Below, piece by piece: positions 1 through 9,060 of a stretch of DNA of 64,000 bases (position 1 is its first letter; the number at the start of each line of letters is the position of its first letter). The notes under the pieces are model-generated. The model was not told the DNA's origin and searched no databases. It worked only from the letters and a program-made list of their open reading frames with translations. The stretch lies in the NCBI GenBank assembly GCA_026125445.1, contig JAHCLE010000002.1, positions 946 through 64,945 on the forward strand, read 5' to 3'. The position numbers and the translations under genes are program-made. Origin of the DNA: Burkholderiales bacterium (GTDB taxonomy: Bacteria; Pseudomonadota; Gammaproteobacteria; Burkholderiales; Usitatibacteraceae).

Positions 1-50
1 GTGGTGAAGCCGAGATCGAGGGGAGCGAGGAGGTTCGGGTAGGCGGTCAC
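1..50 (-). CDS. 5' end (16 codons) of a FadH-like 2,4-dienoyl-CoA reductase / Old-Yellow-Enzyme family gene; continues off the window
   Basis: GTG at 50 overlaps the hoxW stop (GTGA). Translation VTAYPNLLAPLDLGFTT resembles my recollection of the E. coli FadH N-terminus (MSYPSLFAPLDLGFTT). Only 16 codons are visible. Confidence 0.3.
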   Translation of the reverse strand, partial: MTAYPNLLAPLDLGFT

Positions 51-580
51 GGGGCGGGATCGGGCGGGCAGTCCCGCGGCGCGCGGGCGACGGAGGCCAT
101 TGTCTGCCATTCGGCGTGCCCTGGACAACGCGCCAGCTCGCGAAGCATCGCCCACCCTTCCTCCAGCGCCCGGCCCGCGTCCTCCGAGAGCGGCGCTCCC
201 AGCTCGAACGCGGTGCCGCGCACGGCCAGGAGGTAGGCCGGGGGAGCGGCCTCGGCCGACACGCGCGCGAAGACGCCCAGGACGCCGCCGGGCGGCAGCG
301 CATGCGTCGAGTGTCCCGCGAGGCCAGGCGCGGCCGCCACGGGACCGAAGGCCACCGGCACGGGGGAGTCGCGGCAGGCGTCGATGAAGAGCGCGAGGCG
401 GCGCCCCTCGAGGTCGAGGGCATTCTCCACCTGCAGCTGGTATTCCTCGAAGAGCTCGAAGCCCTCGGCGAGGCCCTGCTCGTCCAGCCAGCGGCGCAGC
501 CGGTCGAGGAGCAGCGGTCCCAGCGCGTCGTCGCCGCGGCTGCGGTTGCCGATGCCGAAGACCGCGACGGCGGGCGTCAC
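47..580 (-). CDS. hoxW: hydrogenase maturation endopeptidase (HoxW/HybD family)
   Basis: Last 177 aa of ORF 47..1852. GTG at 580 overlaps the hoxH stop (GTGA). N-terminal 'AVFGIGNRSRGDDALG' is typical of [NiFe] maturation proteases. Sits directly after the large subunit. Confidence 0.8.
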   Translation of the reverse strand: MTPAVAVFGIGNRSRGDDALGPLLLDRLRRWLDEQGLAEGFELFEEYQLQVENALDLEGRRLALFIDACRDSPVPVAFGPVAAAPGLAGHSTHALPPGGVLGVFARVSAEAAPPAYLLAVRGTAFELGAPLSEDAGRALEEGWAMLRELARCPGHAEWQTMASVARAPRDCPPDPAP

Positions 581-2070
581 GGGCGGTCGCGGCTCACGCG
601 CCCGTCGCCGTGGCGGGCCAGGCGGTCGACTTCTGCGCCGCCGGCGTCCACCAGCGTCACCTCGAGCGCCATCTTCCCGAGGGCGTGCGTGGCGCACGAC
701 AGGCACGGGTCGAAGGCGCGGATCGCCACCTCGATGTGGTTGAGGAGGCCCTCGGTGAGCTCGTGGCCGGAGAGGTAGCGCTTGGCCACGTGGCGGATGG
801 CCTCGTTCATCGCCTGGTTGTTGTGCGTGGTCGAGACGATGAGGTTGCACATCGTGACGAGGTCGTCGTCGTCGACGCGGTAGTGGTGGATGAGCGTGCC
901 GCGCGGGGCCTCGATGACGCCCACGCCCTCGCGGGCGCGCTCGCCCGTGCAGACGAGGTCGTCGCCCACGATGTCGTCGTCGTGCAGGAGGTCCTTGATC
1001 GTCTCCGCCGCGTGCAGCATCTCGATCATGCGCGCCCAGTGGTAGGCGAGCGGGGCGTGGATGGGCGCGCCGCCGGCGTAGTCGACGAACTCGCGCCGCT
1101 CCGCGTCGGCGAGCGGCGTCGGGATGTGGTCGCAGTTCTGCACGCGCGCGAGCGGGCCCACCTTGTACCAGCCCTTCTCGGCGCCCAGTTGCGCGAGGAA
1201 CGGGAACTTCATGTAGCTCCAGGGCTTCACTTCCTCGCGGATGTAGGTGCGGTAGTCGCGGTAGTCGACCTGGTCGAAGAGGATGTCGCCCGCGTCGTCG
1301 CGCGCCCGCAGCCGGCCGTCGTAGAAGTCCATCGCCCCGTCGGGCGCGACCAGGGACATGAAGCCGGAGCGGAAGACGCCGAAGCTGTTGTAGAGCGCCG
1401 GGTCCTTGCCGTGCAGCTCCTTGGCGAGCGCCACCGCGTCGCGGGACCACGCCACCATGTCGTAGATGTCGGCCAGCAGCGCGGCGCGCTCCTCGGCCGA
1501 TAGCGCCTTGTTCACGCCGCCGGGGATGGATCCCGTGCCGTGGATGCGCTTGCCCGCCGTGAGCCGGATCACCTCCTGGCCGAAGCGGCGCAGCAGCACC
1601 CCGCGCCGGGCGGTCTCCGGGTGCGCCGCGGCCACGCCCACGATGTTGCGGCGCGCGACGTCGCTCGCGAAGCCGAAGAGCAGGTCCGGCGAGCACAGGT
1701 GGAAGAAGTGCAGCGCGTGCGACTGCAGCATCTGGCCGTAGTGCATGAGGCGGCGGATCTTCTCCGCGGCGGGCGTGAGGCGGTGCGCGCCCACGATCGC
1801 GTCCATGGCCTTGGAGGCCGCCAGGTGGTGGCTCACGGGGCAGATCCCGCACAGGCGCTGCACCATGACCGGCACCTCCCAGTACGGCCGGCCCTGGATG
1901 AAGCGCTCGAAGCCCCGGAACTCCACGACGTGCAGGCGCACCTGCCGCACCTTGCCCTCGTCGTCCAGCAGGATCGTGACCTTGCCGTGGCCCTCGACGC
2001 GCGAGACCGGATCGATCGCCACGCGGCGCAGCTTCTCGGGGTGCTCGGCGGTTTCCAGGCCGTAGGTCAT
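577..2070 (-). CDS. hoxH: NAD-reducing [NiFe] hydrogenase large subunit
   Basis: 497 aa. N-terminal 'RLCGICPVSH' and C-terminal 'DPCLSCATH' Ni-Fe ligand motifs, followed by a cleavable C-terminal extension. Confidence 0.95.
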   Translation of the reverse strand: MTYGLETAEHPEKLRRVAIDPVSRVEGHGKVTILLDDEGKVRQVRLHVVEFRGFERFIQGRPYWEVPVMVQRLCGICPVSHHLAASKAMDAIVGAHRLTPAAEKIRRLMHYGQMLQSHALHFFHLCSPDLLFGFASDVARRNIVGVAAAHPETARRGVLLRRFGQEVIRLTAGKRIHGTGSIPGGVNKALSAEERAALLADIYDMVAWSRDAVALAKELHGKDPALYNSFGVFRSGFMSLVAPDGAMDFYDGRLRARDDAGDILFDQVDYRDYRTYIREEVKPWSYMKFPFLAQLGAEKGWYKVGPLARVQNCDHIPTPLADAERREFVDYAGGAPIHAPLAYHWARMIEMLHAAETIKDLLHDDDIVGDDLVCTGERAREGVGVIEAPRGTLIHHYRVDDDDLVTMCNLIVSTTHNNQAMNEAIRHVAKRYLSGHELTEGLLNHIEVAIRAFDPCLSCATHALGKMALEVTLVDAGGAEVDRLARHGDGRVSRDRP

Positions 2071-2080
2071 GGTGGTGGCG

Positions 2081-2632
2081 TCAGTCGAAGTGGATGAGCC
2101 CGTGGCCGAGGGCGGGTTCCTTCCCCTCGAGGAGCCCGGTGAGCACCTTCCAGATGGCGTCGGCCGGCGGCGGGCAGCCCGGGATGAAGTGGTCGATGCG
2201 CACCACCTCGTGCAGCGGGTGCACCTTGTTCAGCGGCAGCGGCAGCTCCGGATCGTTGGGGATGAGGCCGTAGCGCGCGCCCGGCTCGCTGCGGTAGACC
2301 TCCTGCAGGATGAGCGGCAGGCTGAGCGTGTTCCTCTGCGCCGGCAGCCCCCCGTTCACCGCGCAGGCGCCCAGCGCGATGAGCACCTTGCAGCGGCGGC
2401 GGAACTCGCGCAGCACCTCGACGTTCTCGGCGTTGCAGACCCCGCCCTCGATGATGCCGAGGTCGCACTGGCCCACTTCCTTGATGTCGGTGATCGGCGA
2501 GCGGTCGAACTCGACCTTCTCGAGGAGCGCGAAGAGGCGCTCGTCGATGTCCAGGATCGACATGTGGCAGCCGAAGCAGCCGGCGAGCGACGTCGTGGCG
2601 ACCTTGAGCTTGCGGGGGGCGGTTCCGTCCAT
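2081..2632 (-). CDS. hoxY: NAD-reducing hydrogenase small (delta) subunit
   Basis: 183 aa short small subunit with 'LAGCFGCHMS' and 'ALGACAVNGG' cluster motifs, located between hoxU and hoxH. Confidence 0.9.
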   Translation of the reverse strand: MDGTAPRKLKVATTSLAGCFGCHMSILDIDERLFALLEKVEFDRSPITDIKEVGQCDLGIIEGGVCNAENVEVLREFRRRCKVLIALGACAVNGGLPAQRNTLSLPLILQEVYRSEPGARYGLIPNDPELPLPLNKVHPLHEVVRIDHFIPGCPPPADAIWKVLTGLLEGKEPALGHGLIHFD

Positions 2633-2638
2633 GGCGTC

Positions 2639-3370
2639 CTAGCTCCCGTCGGCCTCGACCGCGGCGATCTCGGCCGTGGAATCCGCCCGCGCGGAGATGG
2701 GCTTCCGGTCGAAGACGCGGCTCCCGAAGGGCGTCTCGAAGCCGCGGCGCTTGTGCAGGATCACCCCCACGGGGCAGACGTGCGCGGCCTTGTCCTGGTG
2801 CGAGAAGCTCGTGTCGACGAGCCTGCCGGTGCGCGAGTTGGCGATGAGGCGCGTGCGGATCCCGCGCCCGGCCAGCGCGAACACGTTCTTGCCGTCCACG
2901 TCGCGGCTGGCGCGCACGCACAGCGAGCAGAGGATGCAGCGGTTGAAGTCGAGCAGCATGTCCGGGTGGGAGGCGTCCACCGGGCGGTCGGGATAGAAGT
3001 GGTCGAAGTGCGGCGTGCTCATCCCGAGGTCGTAGGCCGTGGCCTGCAGCTTGCAGTCGCCGCTCTTCTCGCACGACGGGCAGAAGTGGTTGCCCTCGAC
3101 GAAGAGCATCTGCACCAGCGCCCGGCGCTCGGCATTGAGCTCGGGCGTGTCGCTCTCCACCACCGCCCCGGCCGTGGCGCGCGTGGTGCAGGAAGCCGCG
3201 TGCCGGCCGCCCACCTTCACCGTGCACACCTTGCACGAGCCGTGCGGCTTGAAGTCGGGGTGGAAGCACAGGTGCGGGATGTAGGCGCCCGCGGCCACCG
3301 CCGCCTGCAGGATCGTCTGGCCCTCGCTGAAGGCGACGGGCCGGCCGTCGAGGGTGAAGGTCGCGTTCAT
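2639..3370 (-). CDS. hoxU: hydrogenase diaphorase Fe-S subunit (NuoG N-terminal-like)
   Basis: 243 aa from the ATG at 3370 (ATGA overlap with the hoxF stop). 2Fe-2S 'CFHPDFKPHGSCKVC', 'CPSCEKSGDCKLQ' and 'CILCSLCVRAS' motifs. Confidence 0.9.
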   Translation of the reverse strand: MNATFTLDGRPVAFSEGQTILQAAVAAGAYIPHLCFHPDFKPHGSCKVCTVKVGGRHAASCTTRATAGAVVESDTPELNAERRALVQMLFVEGNHFCPSCEKSGDCKLQATAYDLGMSTPHFDHFYPDRPVDASHPDMLLDFNRCILCSLCVRASRDVDGKNVFALAGRGIRTRLIANSRTGRLVDTSFSHQDKAAHVCPVGVILHKRRGFETPFGSRVFDRKPISARADSTAEIAAVEADGS

Positions 3371-5187
3371 GCGGTCTCTTCCGTCTCCGGGCGCACGTGC
3401 GCGGCCGCGTCGTCGCGCCCCGTCATCTGGCGGGCGGCGGCGAGCGCGCGGTCCAGGTCGAAGGCCGGCTCGAACTCCTCGTGCGCCAGGCGCCGCTGGT
3501 AGGCGCCGCGGAACTTGGCGATGGTGCCCAGCACGGGGTTGCAGGCCGAGTGCCCCAGCCCGCAGTGGCTCATCGACTGCAGCAGGAGGTTGAGCTTCCC
3601 GATCTCGGCGAAGTCGTAGGGCGAGCCGTGCCCGTTGGCGAGCTTGTCCATCATGTTGCGCAGGAGCGAGGTGCCCACGCGGCACGGGGTGCAGAACCCG
3701 CAGCTCTCGTGCGCGAAGAAGTGCACGAAGTTCCTCGCCACCTCGAACATGTCGCGGCGCTCGTTGAACACCATGAGCGCGCCGGCCGTGGGCAGGTCCT
3801 CGAAGGCGAGGCGGCGGCCGAACTCCGCGGCCGGGACGGTCGCGCCCGAGGGCCCGCTCACCTGCACGGCCTGCGTGAGCCGCGCGCCGCAGTCGGCGAG
3901 CACCTGGCGAACCTCGACCCCGAAGGGATACTCGTAGATCCCCGGCTGCTCGCAGTCGCCCGAGACGCACACGAGCTTCGTGCCGGTCGATTCGGGCGTG
4001 CCGATGCCGGCGTACCAGGCGCCGCCCTTCAGGGCCACGAGGCAGGAGGCGGCGAAGGTCTCCACGTTGTTCACCGCCGTGGGCTGGCCGAGGTAGCCTT
4101 GGGTCACGGGATAGGGCGGGCGGTTGCGCGGCGTGCCGCGCTTGCCCTCCAGGCTCTCGATGAGCGCGGACTCCTCGCCGCAGACGTAGGCGCCGGCGCC
4201 CACGTGGATGGCCACGTCGAAGTCGAATCCCTCGCGGCCGAGGATGGACTCGCCCAGGAGGCGCGCCGCGCGACGGCGCTCCAGCACGGCCTCGAGGTGA
4301 TCGAGCAGGAAGCGGTACTCGCCGCGCAGGTAGAGGAAGCCGCGCCTGGCGCCCGTGGCCCAGGCGCCCAGGGCCATGCCCTCGAAGATCGCGTCGGCCG
4401 CGTTGGCGAGGAGGACCCGGTCCTTGAAGTTGCCGGGCTCGCCCTCGTCGGCGTTGGCCACCAGGTAGCGCGCCTTGCCCGGCGCCTCGCGGCAGGCCTG
4501 CCACTTGAGCCCCGCGGGAAAGCCCGCGCCGCCCCGCCCGCGCAGCTTCGAGGCCTTCATCTCGGCGACGAGGTCCTCGGGCGAGCGCGCGAGCGCCGCC
4601 TCGAGGGCCCTGCCCGGAAGCCAGGGCGTGCCCAGGAGGGCGTCGCGGCGGTGGATGTTGTCCTCGACGCGGAAGAAGTCCGCGGGCCACTCGCCGGGCG
4701 GAACCTCGTCGCGGACCAGCTCGCAGATGTCGTCGACGCGGCGCTCGGTGAGGCGGGTCACCGCCAGGCCGTTCACGAGGATGGCCGGGCCCTGGTCGCA
4801 CAGCCCCGTGCACGAGGTCGTGTCCACGCTCACCAGCCCGTCCTCGGAGACCTTGCCGCGCTCGACCCACAGGCCGCGGCACATGCGGTCCAGGAGGCCG
4901 AGGCTTCCCAGCATGCGGTCCGTGATGTTGTCGCTGAAGAGGATGCGGTAGCGGCCGGCGCGCTTGAGGTGCAGGAAGGAGTAGAAGGACGCCACCCCGA
5001 GGATCTTGGCGCGCGGCAGCGCGAGCCGCGCCTCGATGCAGTCGATGGCTTCCGGCGGTATCCAGCCGCAGGCCTCCTCGACGTCGCGCAGCATCTGCAG
5101 CAGTTCCAGCGGATCGTGGCGGTGGCGCGCCATCGCCGTCGCCGCCGCTTGGGCGGGGTCGGGGGCGTTGCGCACCTTGGAGGGCAT
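3367..5187 (-). CDS. hoxF: hydrogenase diaphorase NAD/FMN subunit (NuoE-NuoF fusion)
   Basis: 'GRGGAGFPAGLKW' FMN/NADH site and 'ESCGFCTPCR' 4Fe-4S motif. The start is uncertain: ATGs at 5235, 5196 and 5187. 5187 has an AGGA 8 nt upstream. Confidence 0.9.
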   Translation of the reverse strand: MPSKVRNAPDPAQAAATAMARHRHDPLELLQMLRDVEEACGWIPPEAIDCIEARLALPRAKILGVASFYSFLHLKRAGRYRILFSDNITDRMLGSLGLLDRMCRGLWVERGKVSEDGLVSVDTTSCTGLCDQGPAILVNGLAVTRLTERRVDDICELVRDEVPPGEWPADFFRVEDNIHRRDALLGTPWLPGRALEAALARSPEDLVAEMKASKLRGRGGAGFPAGLKWQACREAPGKARYLVANADEGEPGNFKDRVLLANAADAIFEGMALGAWATGARRGFLYLRGEYRFLLDHLEAVLERRRAARLLGESILGREGFDFDVAIHVGAGAYVCGEESALIESLEGKRGTPRNRPPYPVTQGYLGQPTAVNNVETFAASCLVALKGGAWYAGIGTPESTGTKLVCVSGDCEQPGIYEYPFGVEVRQVLADCGARLTQAVQVSGPSGATVPAAEFGRRLAFEDLPTAGALMVFNERRDMFEVARNFVHFFAHESCGFCTPCRVGTSLLRNMMDKLANGHGSPYDFAEIGKLNLLLQSMSHCGLGHSACNPVLGTIAKFRGAYQRRLAHEEFEPAFDLDRALAAARQMTGRDDAAAHVRPETEETA

Positions 5188-5268
5188 CGCCGGCATCCTG
5201 TGGGCGGGCCGCCGGACCGGCGGTCCCGCGACCACGCTTCCACCCTACCCCGGCGCGGCGACGCTTTC

Positions 5269-5282
5269 TTGACGCCGATCTA
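5269..5282. promoter_or_regulatory. FNR/CRP-family box-like site TTGAC-GCCG-ATCTA upstream of hoxF
   Basis: 9 of 10 half-site positions match TTGAC-N4-ATCAA. Centre is about 80-90 nt upstream of the candidate hoxF starts. Confidence 0.35.
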
Positions 5283-5314
5283 AAGGCCAGCGCAAAAACG
5301 CGGACGGAAGGCGG

Positions 5315-5399
5315 TGGTACCCGGGGCCGGGGTCGAACCGGCATGCCTCGCGGCTGCGGATTTTAAGTCCGCTGCGTCTACCAATTTCGCCACCCGGGC
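5315..5399 (-). tRNA. tRNA-Leu (anticodon UAA), CCA encoded
   Basis: Reverse complement GCCCGGGTGGCGAAATTGGTAGACGC..CTTAAAA..long variable arm..GGTTCGACCCCGGCCCCGGGTACCA. Cloverleaf readable, with a class II long variable arm. Confidence 0.9.
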
Positions 5400-5416
5400 G
5401 AAGGACCCGCGCCAGT

Positions 5417-6022
5417 CTACACCGGCGGGCGGGCGGCGCCCTCGGCCTGCTCGATGATGGCGAGCGCCACCTCGTCCACGGGCAGGCCAGAGGCCACGGC
5501 GCGGTCGTGCAGCATGCGCACGGCCACGTCGCAGTTGACCTTGTGCCGCTCGACGAGGATGCCGAGCGCGATGAGGGCCTGCGGGCCGTGGTCCCCGCCC
5601 AGGGCCTCCAAGAGGAGATCGGCTCCCCCGGCCGCTTTCGCGGGGGCCGCCGGGCGCTCCAGCGCGGCGCGTACCGCGGGCACGAGGCGCGACAGGTCCA
5701 CGGGCTTGGCGACCACGCCCACGGCGCCGAAGGAGGCGGCCTGGCGCCGCACCTCGGGCTCGTCGCGCGGGGGAGCGAGCAGCAGGAAGGGCACGTGCGT
5801 CTCGTGCGCGAGGAACCGCGCCACCTCCAGGCCGCTGCCCTCCGCCATGGTGACGTCGAGGATCGCGAGCGCCGGGCGGGTGTCGACGGCAACCCGCATG
5901 GCCTCGTCGGCGTTGGTGGCCACGACCACGTCGAAGCCCGCGCGCGAAAGCCCGGAAAGCAGCGTGGACAGGACGACGCGGTCGTCGTCCACGACCAGGA
6001 GGCGGGGCCTTGCCTGCATCAT
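5417..6022 (-). CDS. response regulator with ANTAR RNA-binding output domain
   Basis: Receiver domain ('LVVDDD', phospho-acceptor in 'AILDVTM', 'VVAKP'). C-terminal ANTAR-like 'ALIALGILVERHKVNCDVAVRMLHDRAVASGLPVDEVA'. Confidence 0.85.
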   Translation of the reverse strand: MMQARPRLLVVDDDRVVLSTLLSGLSRAGFDVVVATNADEAMRVAVDTRPALAILDVTMAEGSGLEVARFLAHETHVPFLLLAPPRDEPEVRRQAASFGAVGVVAKPVDLSRLVPAVRAALERPAAPAKAAGGADLLLEALGGDHGPQALIALGILVERHKVNCDVAVRMLHDRAVASGLPVDEVALAIIEQAEGAARPPV

Positions 6023-6045
6023 GGTAGCCTCATGCTGTCTCGATT

Positions 6046-6438
6046 ATGCCGGACCCCCGACCGGGTCCGGGGACCGCCTTGAACGCCCTTCGACTGCTGC
6101 CCGTGGTGCTCGCCTTCGGCGTCCTCGCCGCCCACTTCTACCGCGCCTACGCGTGGGTGCCGTTCGGCATCACGATCGGGCTGCTGCCCCTGCTCTTCGT
6201 GCGCGCCCCCTGGGCCGCGCGCGTGCTGCAGGGGGCGCTCCTCCTGGGCGCGCTGGAGTGGCTGCGCACCGCGGCGGTCCTCATCGCGATGCGCCAGTCC
6301 ATGGGCCAGCCCTGGACGCGGCTCGCCGTCATCCTCGGCGTCGTGGCGCTGGCCACGGCGGGCTGTGCCCTGCTCTTCCAGTGGCGGCCGGTACGGGAGC
6401 GCTTCGCGATGGGCAAGGCGGATCATCCCGGCTCCTAG
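6046..6438 (+). CDS. hypothetical small integral membrane protein (about 4 TM segments)
   Basis: 130 aa hydrophobic ORF with normal composition, divergent from the ANTAR regulator. No family recognised. Confidence 0.5.
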   Translation: MPDPRPGPGTALNALRLLPVVLAFGVLAAHFYRAYAWVPFGITIGLLPLLFVRAPWAARVLQGALLLGALEWLRTAAVLIAMRQSMGQPWTRLAVILGVVALATAGCALLFQWRPVRERFAMGKADHPGS

Positions 6439-7913
6439 CGCACCTGGCCGTAGAGGCACACGCGGTTGCGGCCGGAGCGCTTGGCGTCGTAGAGGGCGTC
6501 GTCGGCCTGGCTCATGAGCGTGTCGAGGTTCGCGTTGCCGGCGAGCGTGGCCACGCCGAGCGAGACGGTCACCCGCAGCGGGACGCCCTCCTCGCGCGCC
6601 ACCTCGGAGGCTTCCACCGCGGCGCGCAGCCGCTCGGCCACCTCCACCGCGCCCTCGATCGCCGTCTCCGGCAGCAGGATGGCGAATTCCTCGCCCCCCA
6701 CGCGCCCCACGACGTCGACGGCCCGCAGCACCTCGAGGCAGGTGCGGGCGAGCTGCTGCAGGACGCGGTCGCCGGCGCGGTGGCCGTGGGTGTCGTTCAC
6801 TTCCTTGAAGCGGTCGATGTCGAGCATCAGGATCGAGAGCGGCGTCTCGTAGCGCCGGCTGCGCGCGAGCTCCGCGTCGGCGACCTCGAAGAAGTGCCGC
6901 CGGTTGGCCAGTCCCGTGAGCGGGTCGGTGTGCGCCTGCGTCTCGAGGATGTGGGCGATGCGCCGCTGCCGGCGCCAGGCGCGGTCCACCATGAGGGTGG
7001 CGCCGATGGCCACGGCGAAGAGCACGCTCGAGAGCACGGCCACCACGCCCATGTCGCGGCGCCAGTGCCCCATGTACTCGGCCGTGGCGCGCCCCACGGT
7101 CACGTGCAGGGGGTAGCCCGTCACCTTGCGGTACGAGTAGAGACGGTCGGTCCCGTCCACCGGCGACACGTCGTGGAAGGTTCCCGAGATCTCGCCGCGC
7201 GAGACCAGTTCGCGCAGGCCGGCCGGCACCTCGTAGGCCTGTCCGCGTTCCGGGAACGGGGGATGGCGCGCGATGAGGCCGAGGTCCTCGCCGCGCACGC
7301 TCACCGCCCCGGTGGGGCCCACGTCGGCCGCCGCGAGCATCGTCACCAGGCGCTCCACCGGAACGGGCGCGACCACCGCGCCGGCGAATCTCCCGTCCGG
7401 GTACTCGTAGCGGCGCGCGACGTCCACGACCCAGGGGCCGTCGGGACTGTCGCGGTGCGCCTCCGAGATCGCGAGCCCGGAGAAGTGCCCGTCGCGCAGC
7501 TTGCGGAAATAGGGGTGGTTCTCGATTCCCGGGGCCGGGGCGTCGGCGAATTCGCTCTGGAGGATCGGGTGGCCGGCGGCGTCGGTGACCCGGATCGCGA
7601 GGACGTCCGGCAGGTTGGCGTGGATGGCGGCGATGTAGGCGCGCGCGGCCTGCTCGTCCGTTCCCCGTCCCGCGAGGCGCCGCTCCTGCTCCGTGGCCAC
7701 CGTGTGGATGGCGAGCCGCACCTTGTCCACCAGGTTGCCGATGTCGCTCTCGAGGACGCGCGCGACGCTGTAGGTCTCGACGACCGCCTGCTCCTCGTGC
7801 TGCTGCCGGCTGGTGTAGATCGACTGGCCGATGAGGATGGCGATGAGAAGCAGCAACGAGGCCACCACGCGCCACAGGCGCGTGACGAAGCGGCCCGCGT
7901 GAAGCTGTTCCAA
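6435..7913 (-). CDS. diguanylate cyclase with N-terminal TM and Cache-like periplasmic sensor
   Basis: 492 aa. 'RAVDVVGRVGGEEFAILL' gives an active-site GGEEF plus an RxxD I-site. Large extracytoplasmic region lies between two TM segments. Confidence 0.85.
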   Translation of the reverse strand: MEQLHAGRFVTRLWRVVASLLLLIAILIGQSIYTSRQQHEEQAVVETYSVARVLESDIGNLVDKVRLAIHTVATEQERRLAGRGTDEQAARAYIAAIHANLPDVLAIRVTDAAGHPILQSEFADAPAPGIENHPYFRKLRDGHFSGLAISEAHRDSPDGPWVVDVARRYEYPDGRFAGAVVAPVPVERLVTMLAAADVGPTGAVSVRGEDLGLIARHPPFPERGQAYEVPAGLRELVSRGEISGTFHDVSPVDGTDRLYSYRKVTGYPLHVTVGRATAEYMGHWRRDMGVVAVLSSVLFAVAIGATLMVDRAWRRQRRIAHILETQAHTDPLTGLANRRHFFEVADAELARSRRYETPLSILMLDIDRFKEVNDTHGHRAGDRVLQQLARTCLEVLRAVDVVGRVGGEEFAILLPETAIEGAVEVAERLRAAVEASEVAREEGVPLRVTVSLGVATLAGNANLDTLMSQADDALYDAKRSGRNRVCLYGQVR

Positions 7914-7987
7914 GTGCGCCTCCTCCTCGGCCCATCCTGCGCCCCTCCCCGGCCGGGGAATTGTCGGGCGTCAGGAACCGGCGCGAT

Positions 7988-8380
7988 TCAGTAGCACTGC
8001 GCGCGGCACAGCCGGGCGATGTCGGCGTCCGTGAGCGGCCCGCCGTCCCAGGAACGGGCGTCGGACGGGAGGTAGCAGGAACACATCCGCACCACCTCGC
8101 GGCCGCCGGGAGCGAGCGGAACGCTGCGCCACCGGCTCTCCGAGGGCGTGCCGTAGGTGTTGGCCCAGGGGTTCTGGTCCCTCGCGTCCCACGTCCGCGG
8201 TCCCCGGGAGGCGGGCTCGACGTAGCGCGGCGGGCGGGAAACCATGTCGGTCCAGTAGGACGACGGGCGGTCGTAGCGCAGCTGCTCGCCCAGCCAGGCG
8301 TTCCCGTAGTAGTCGGCGCAGGCCGTTCCCGCGCCGCAGAGGGCGCCCAGGAAGGCGATGGTGGCGAACGCGAGCTTCAT
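7988..8380 (-). CDS. hypothetical secreted Cys-containing protein
   Basis: 130 aa with signal peptide MKLAFATIAFLGALCGAGTACA and C-terminal cysteines (CSC...C..C). No family recognised. Confidence 0.5.
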   Translation of the reverse strand: MKLAFATIAFLGALCGAGTACADYYGNAWLGEQLRYDRPSSYWTDMVSRPPRYVEPASRGPRTWDARDQNPWANTYGTPSESRWRSVPLAPGGREVVRMCSCYLPSDARSWDGGPLTDADIARLCRAQCY

Positions 8381-8440
8381 TCCGGTCGTACCGTGCGCAA
8401 TGACCCAGAGCCCATGCTACCCCCGCGCGGGCCGCGAATC

Positions 8441-8456
8441 TGTGGCCTGCGTCACA
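8441..8456. promoter_or_regulatory. CRP-like box TGTGG-CCTGCG-TCACA
   Basis: 9 of 10 match to TGTGA-N6-TCACA, about 68 nt upstream of the ATG at 8380. Confidence 0.35.
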
Positions 8457-8458
8457 GG

Positions 8459-8482
8459 AAAAGGGCGCCCGCGGGCGCCCTT
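8459..8482 (-). terminator. Rho-independent terminator of hsp20
   Basis: Perfect 22-nt palindrome AAGGGCGCCCGCGGGCGCCCTT. On the minus strand the GC stem is followed by TTTT. Lies 24 nt after the hsp20 stop. Confidence 0.6.
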
Positions 8483-8505
8483 CCGGGCCCGGCGGCCGGG
8501 TCGCC

Positions 8506-8946
8506 TCAGTGGACCTCGACCCGGTGCGCCGCGGAGCCCTTCGCCTTCGGCAGCGTGAGCCGCAGCACGCCCTCGGCGTACTTCGCCTCCGCCTTTGCGA
8601 ACTCGACCTCGGTCGGCAGCGTGAACGAACGCGTCATCGCCCCGTAGTAGCGCTCGCTGCGAAGGACCTTGCCTTCCTTCTCGTCCTTCTTCTCGCGGCG
8701 CACCTCGGCGGAGATCGTGACCCGGTTGCCGTCGACGTCCACGCGGATGTCGTCCTTCGTCACGCCCGGCATGTCGGCCTTCACCATGAACTTGTCGGCA
8801 GCCTCTTCGACGTCCAGCCTGATGACGGGAGCCATGCTCTCCGTTTCCATCCACATCGGCGGAAGCAGGCCCTTGAAAACGGAGGGTACGTCGAACGCCG
8901 GATCGAAGAGGGTGAGGGGCTTGAGGGTTCCCATGGCATCCTCCAT
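8506..8946 (-). CDS. small heat-shock protein, Hsp20/alpha-crystallin family
   Basis: 'DMPGVTKDDIRVDVDGNRVTISAE...GAMTRSFTLP...A.YAEGVLRLTLPK' alpha-crystallin domain. Start ATG 8946 or 8934. Confidence 0.85.
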   Translation of the reverse strand: MEDAMGTLKPLTLFDPAFDVPSVFKGLLPPMWMETESMAPVIRLDVEEAADKFMVKADMPGVTKDDIRVDVDGNRVTISAEVRREKKDEKEGKVLRSERYYGAMTRSFTLPTEVEFAKAEAKYAEGVLRLTLPKAKGSAAHRVEVH

Positions 8947-9046
8947 CGCGATTCCTGGCCGCGGCGGCGTCAGCACCACCGCCGCACGGGGCGCCATCGC
9001 ATCCCGCCCCGCAGCGATAGCCTAGGACGGCCGCGCGCGGGGCGTG

Positions 9047-9060
9047 TTGCCGGGAGTCAA
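9047..9060. promoter_or_regulatory. FNR/CRP-family box-like site TTGCC-GGGA-GTCAA upstream of hsp20
   Basis: 9 of 10 match to TTGAC-N4-GTCAA. Overlaps the stop codon of the ACP-like gene, about 107 nt upstream of the hsp20 start. Confidence 0.3.

Noticed and set aside
47-1852. Long N-terminal extensions of several track ORFs (47..1852, 2639..5344, 9057..10361, 10417..12270, 18093..19565, 35807..36703, 37675..38562, 39718..42450, 45711..47555, 47787..49763).
   Set aside because: The upstream parts overlap the preceding, well-supported gene in another frame and have junk-like composition. Internal ATG/GTG/TTG starts with RBS-like sequences or 4-nt start/stop overlaps give proteins of the length expected for their families.
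5236-5314. Terminator or ANTAR-responsive dual hairpin between tRNA-Leu and hoxF.
   Set aside because: A T5 run follows the tRNA on the minus strand, but I could find only 3-bp stems in front of it. There is no pair of hexaloop hairpins. The evidence is insufficient to call either feature.
7947-7958. Palindrome CCCCGGCCGGGG downstream of the small secreted-protein gene, as a possible terminator.
   Set aside because: The GC stem is short, the loop would be too small, and no T-tract follows on the relevant strand.
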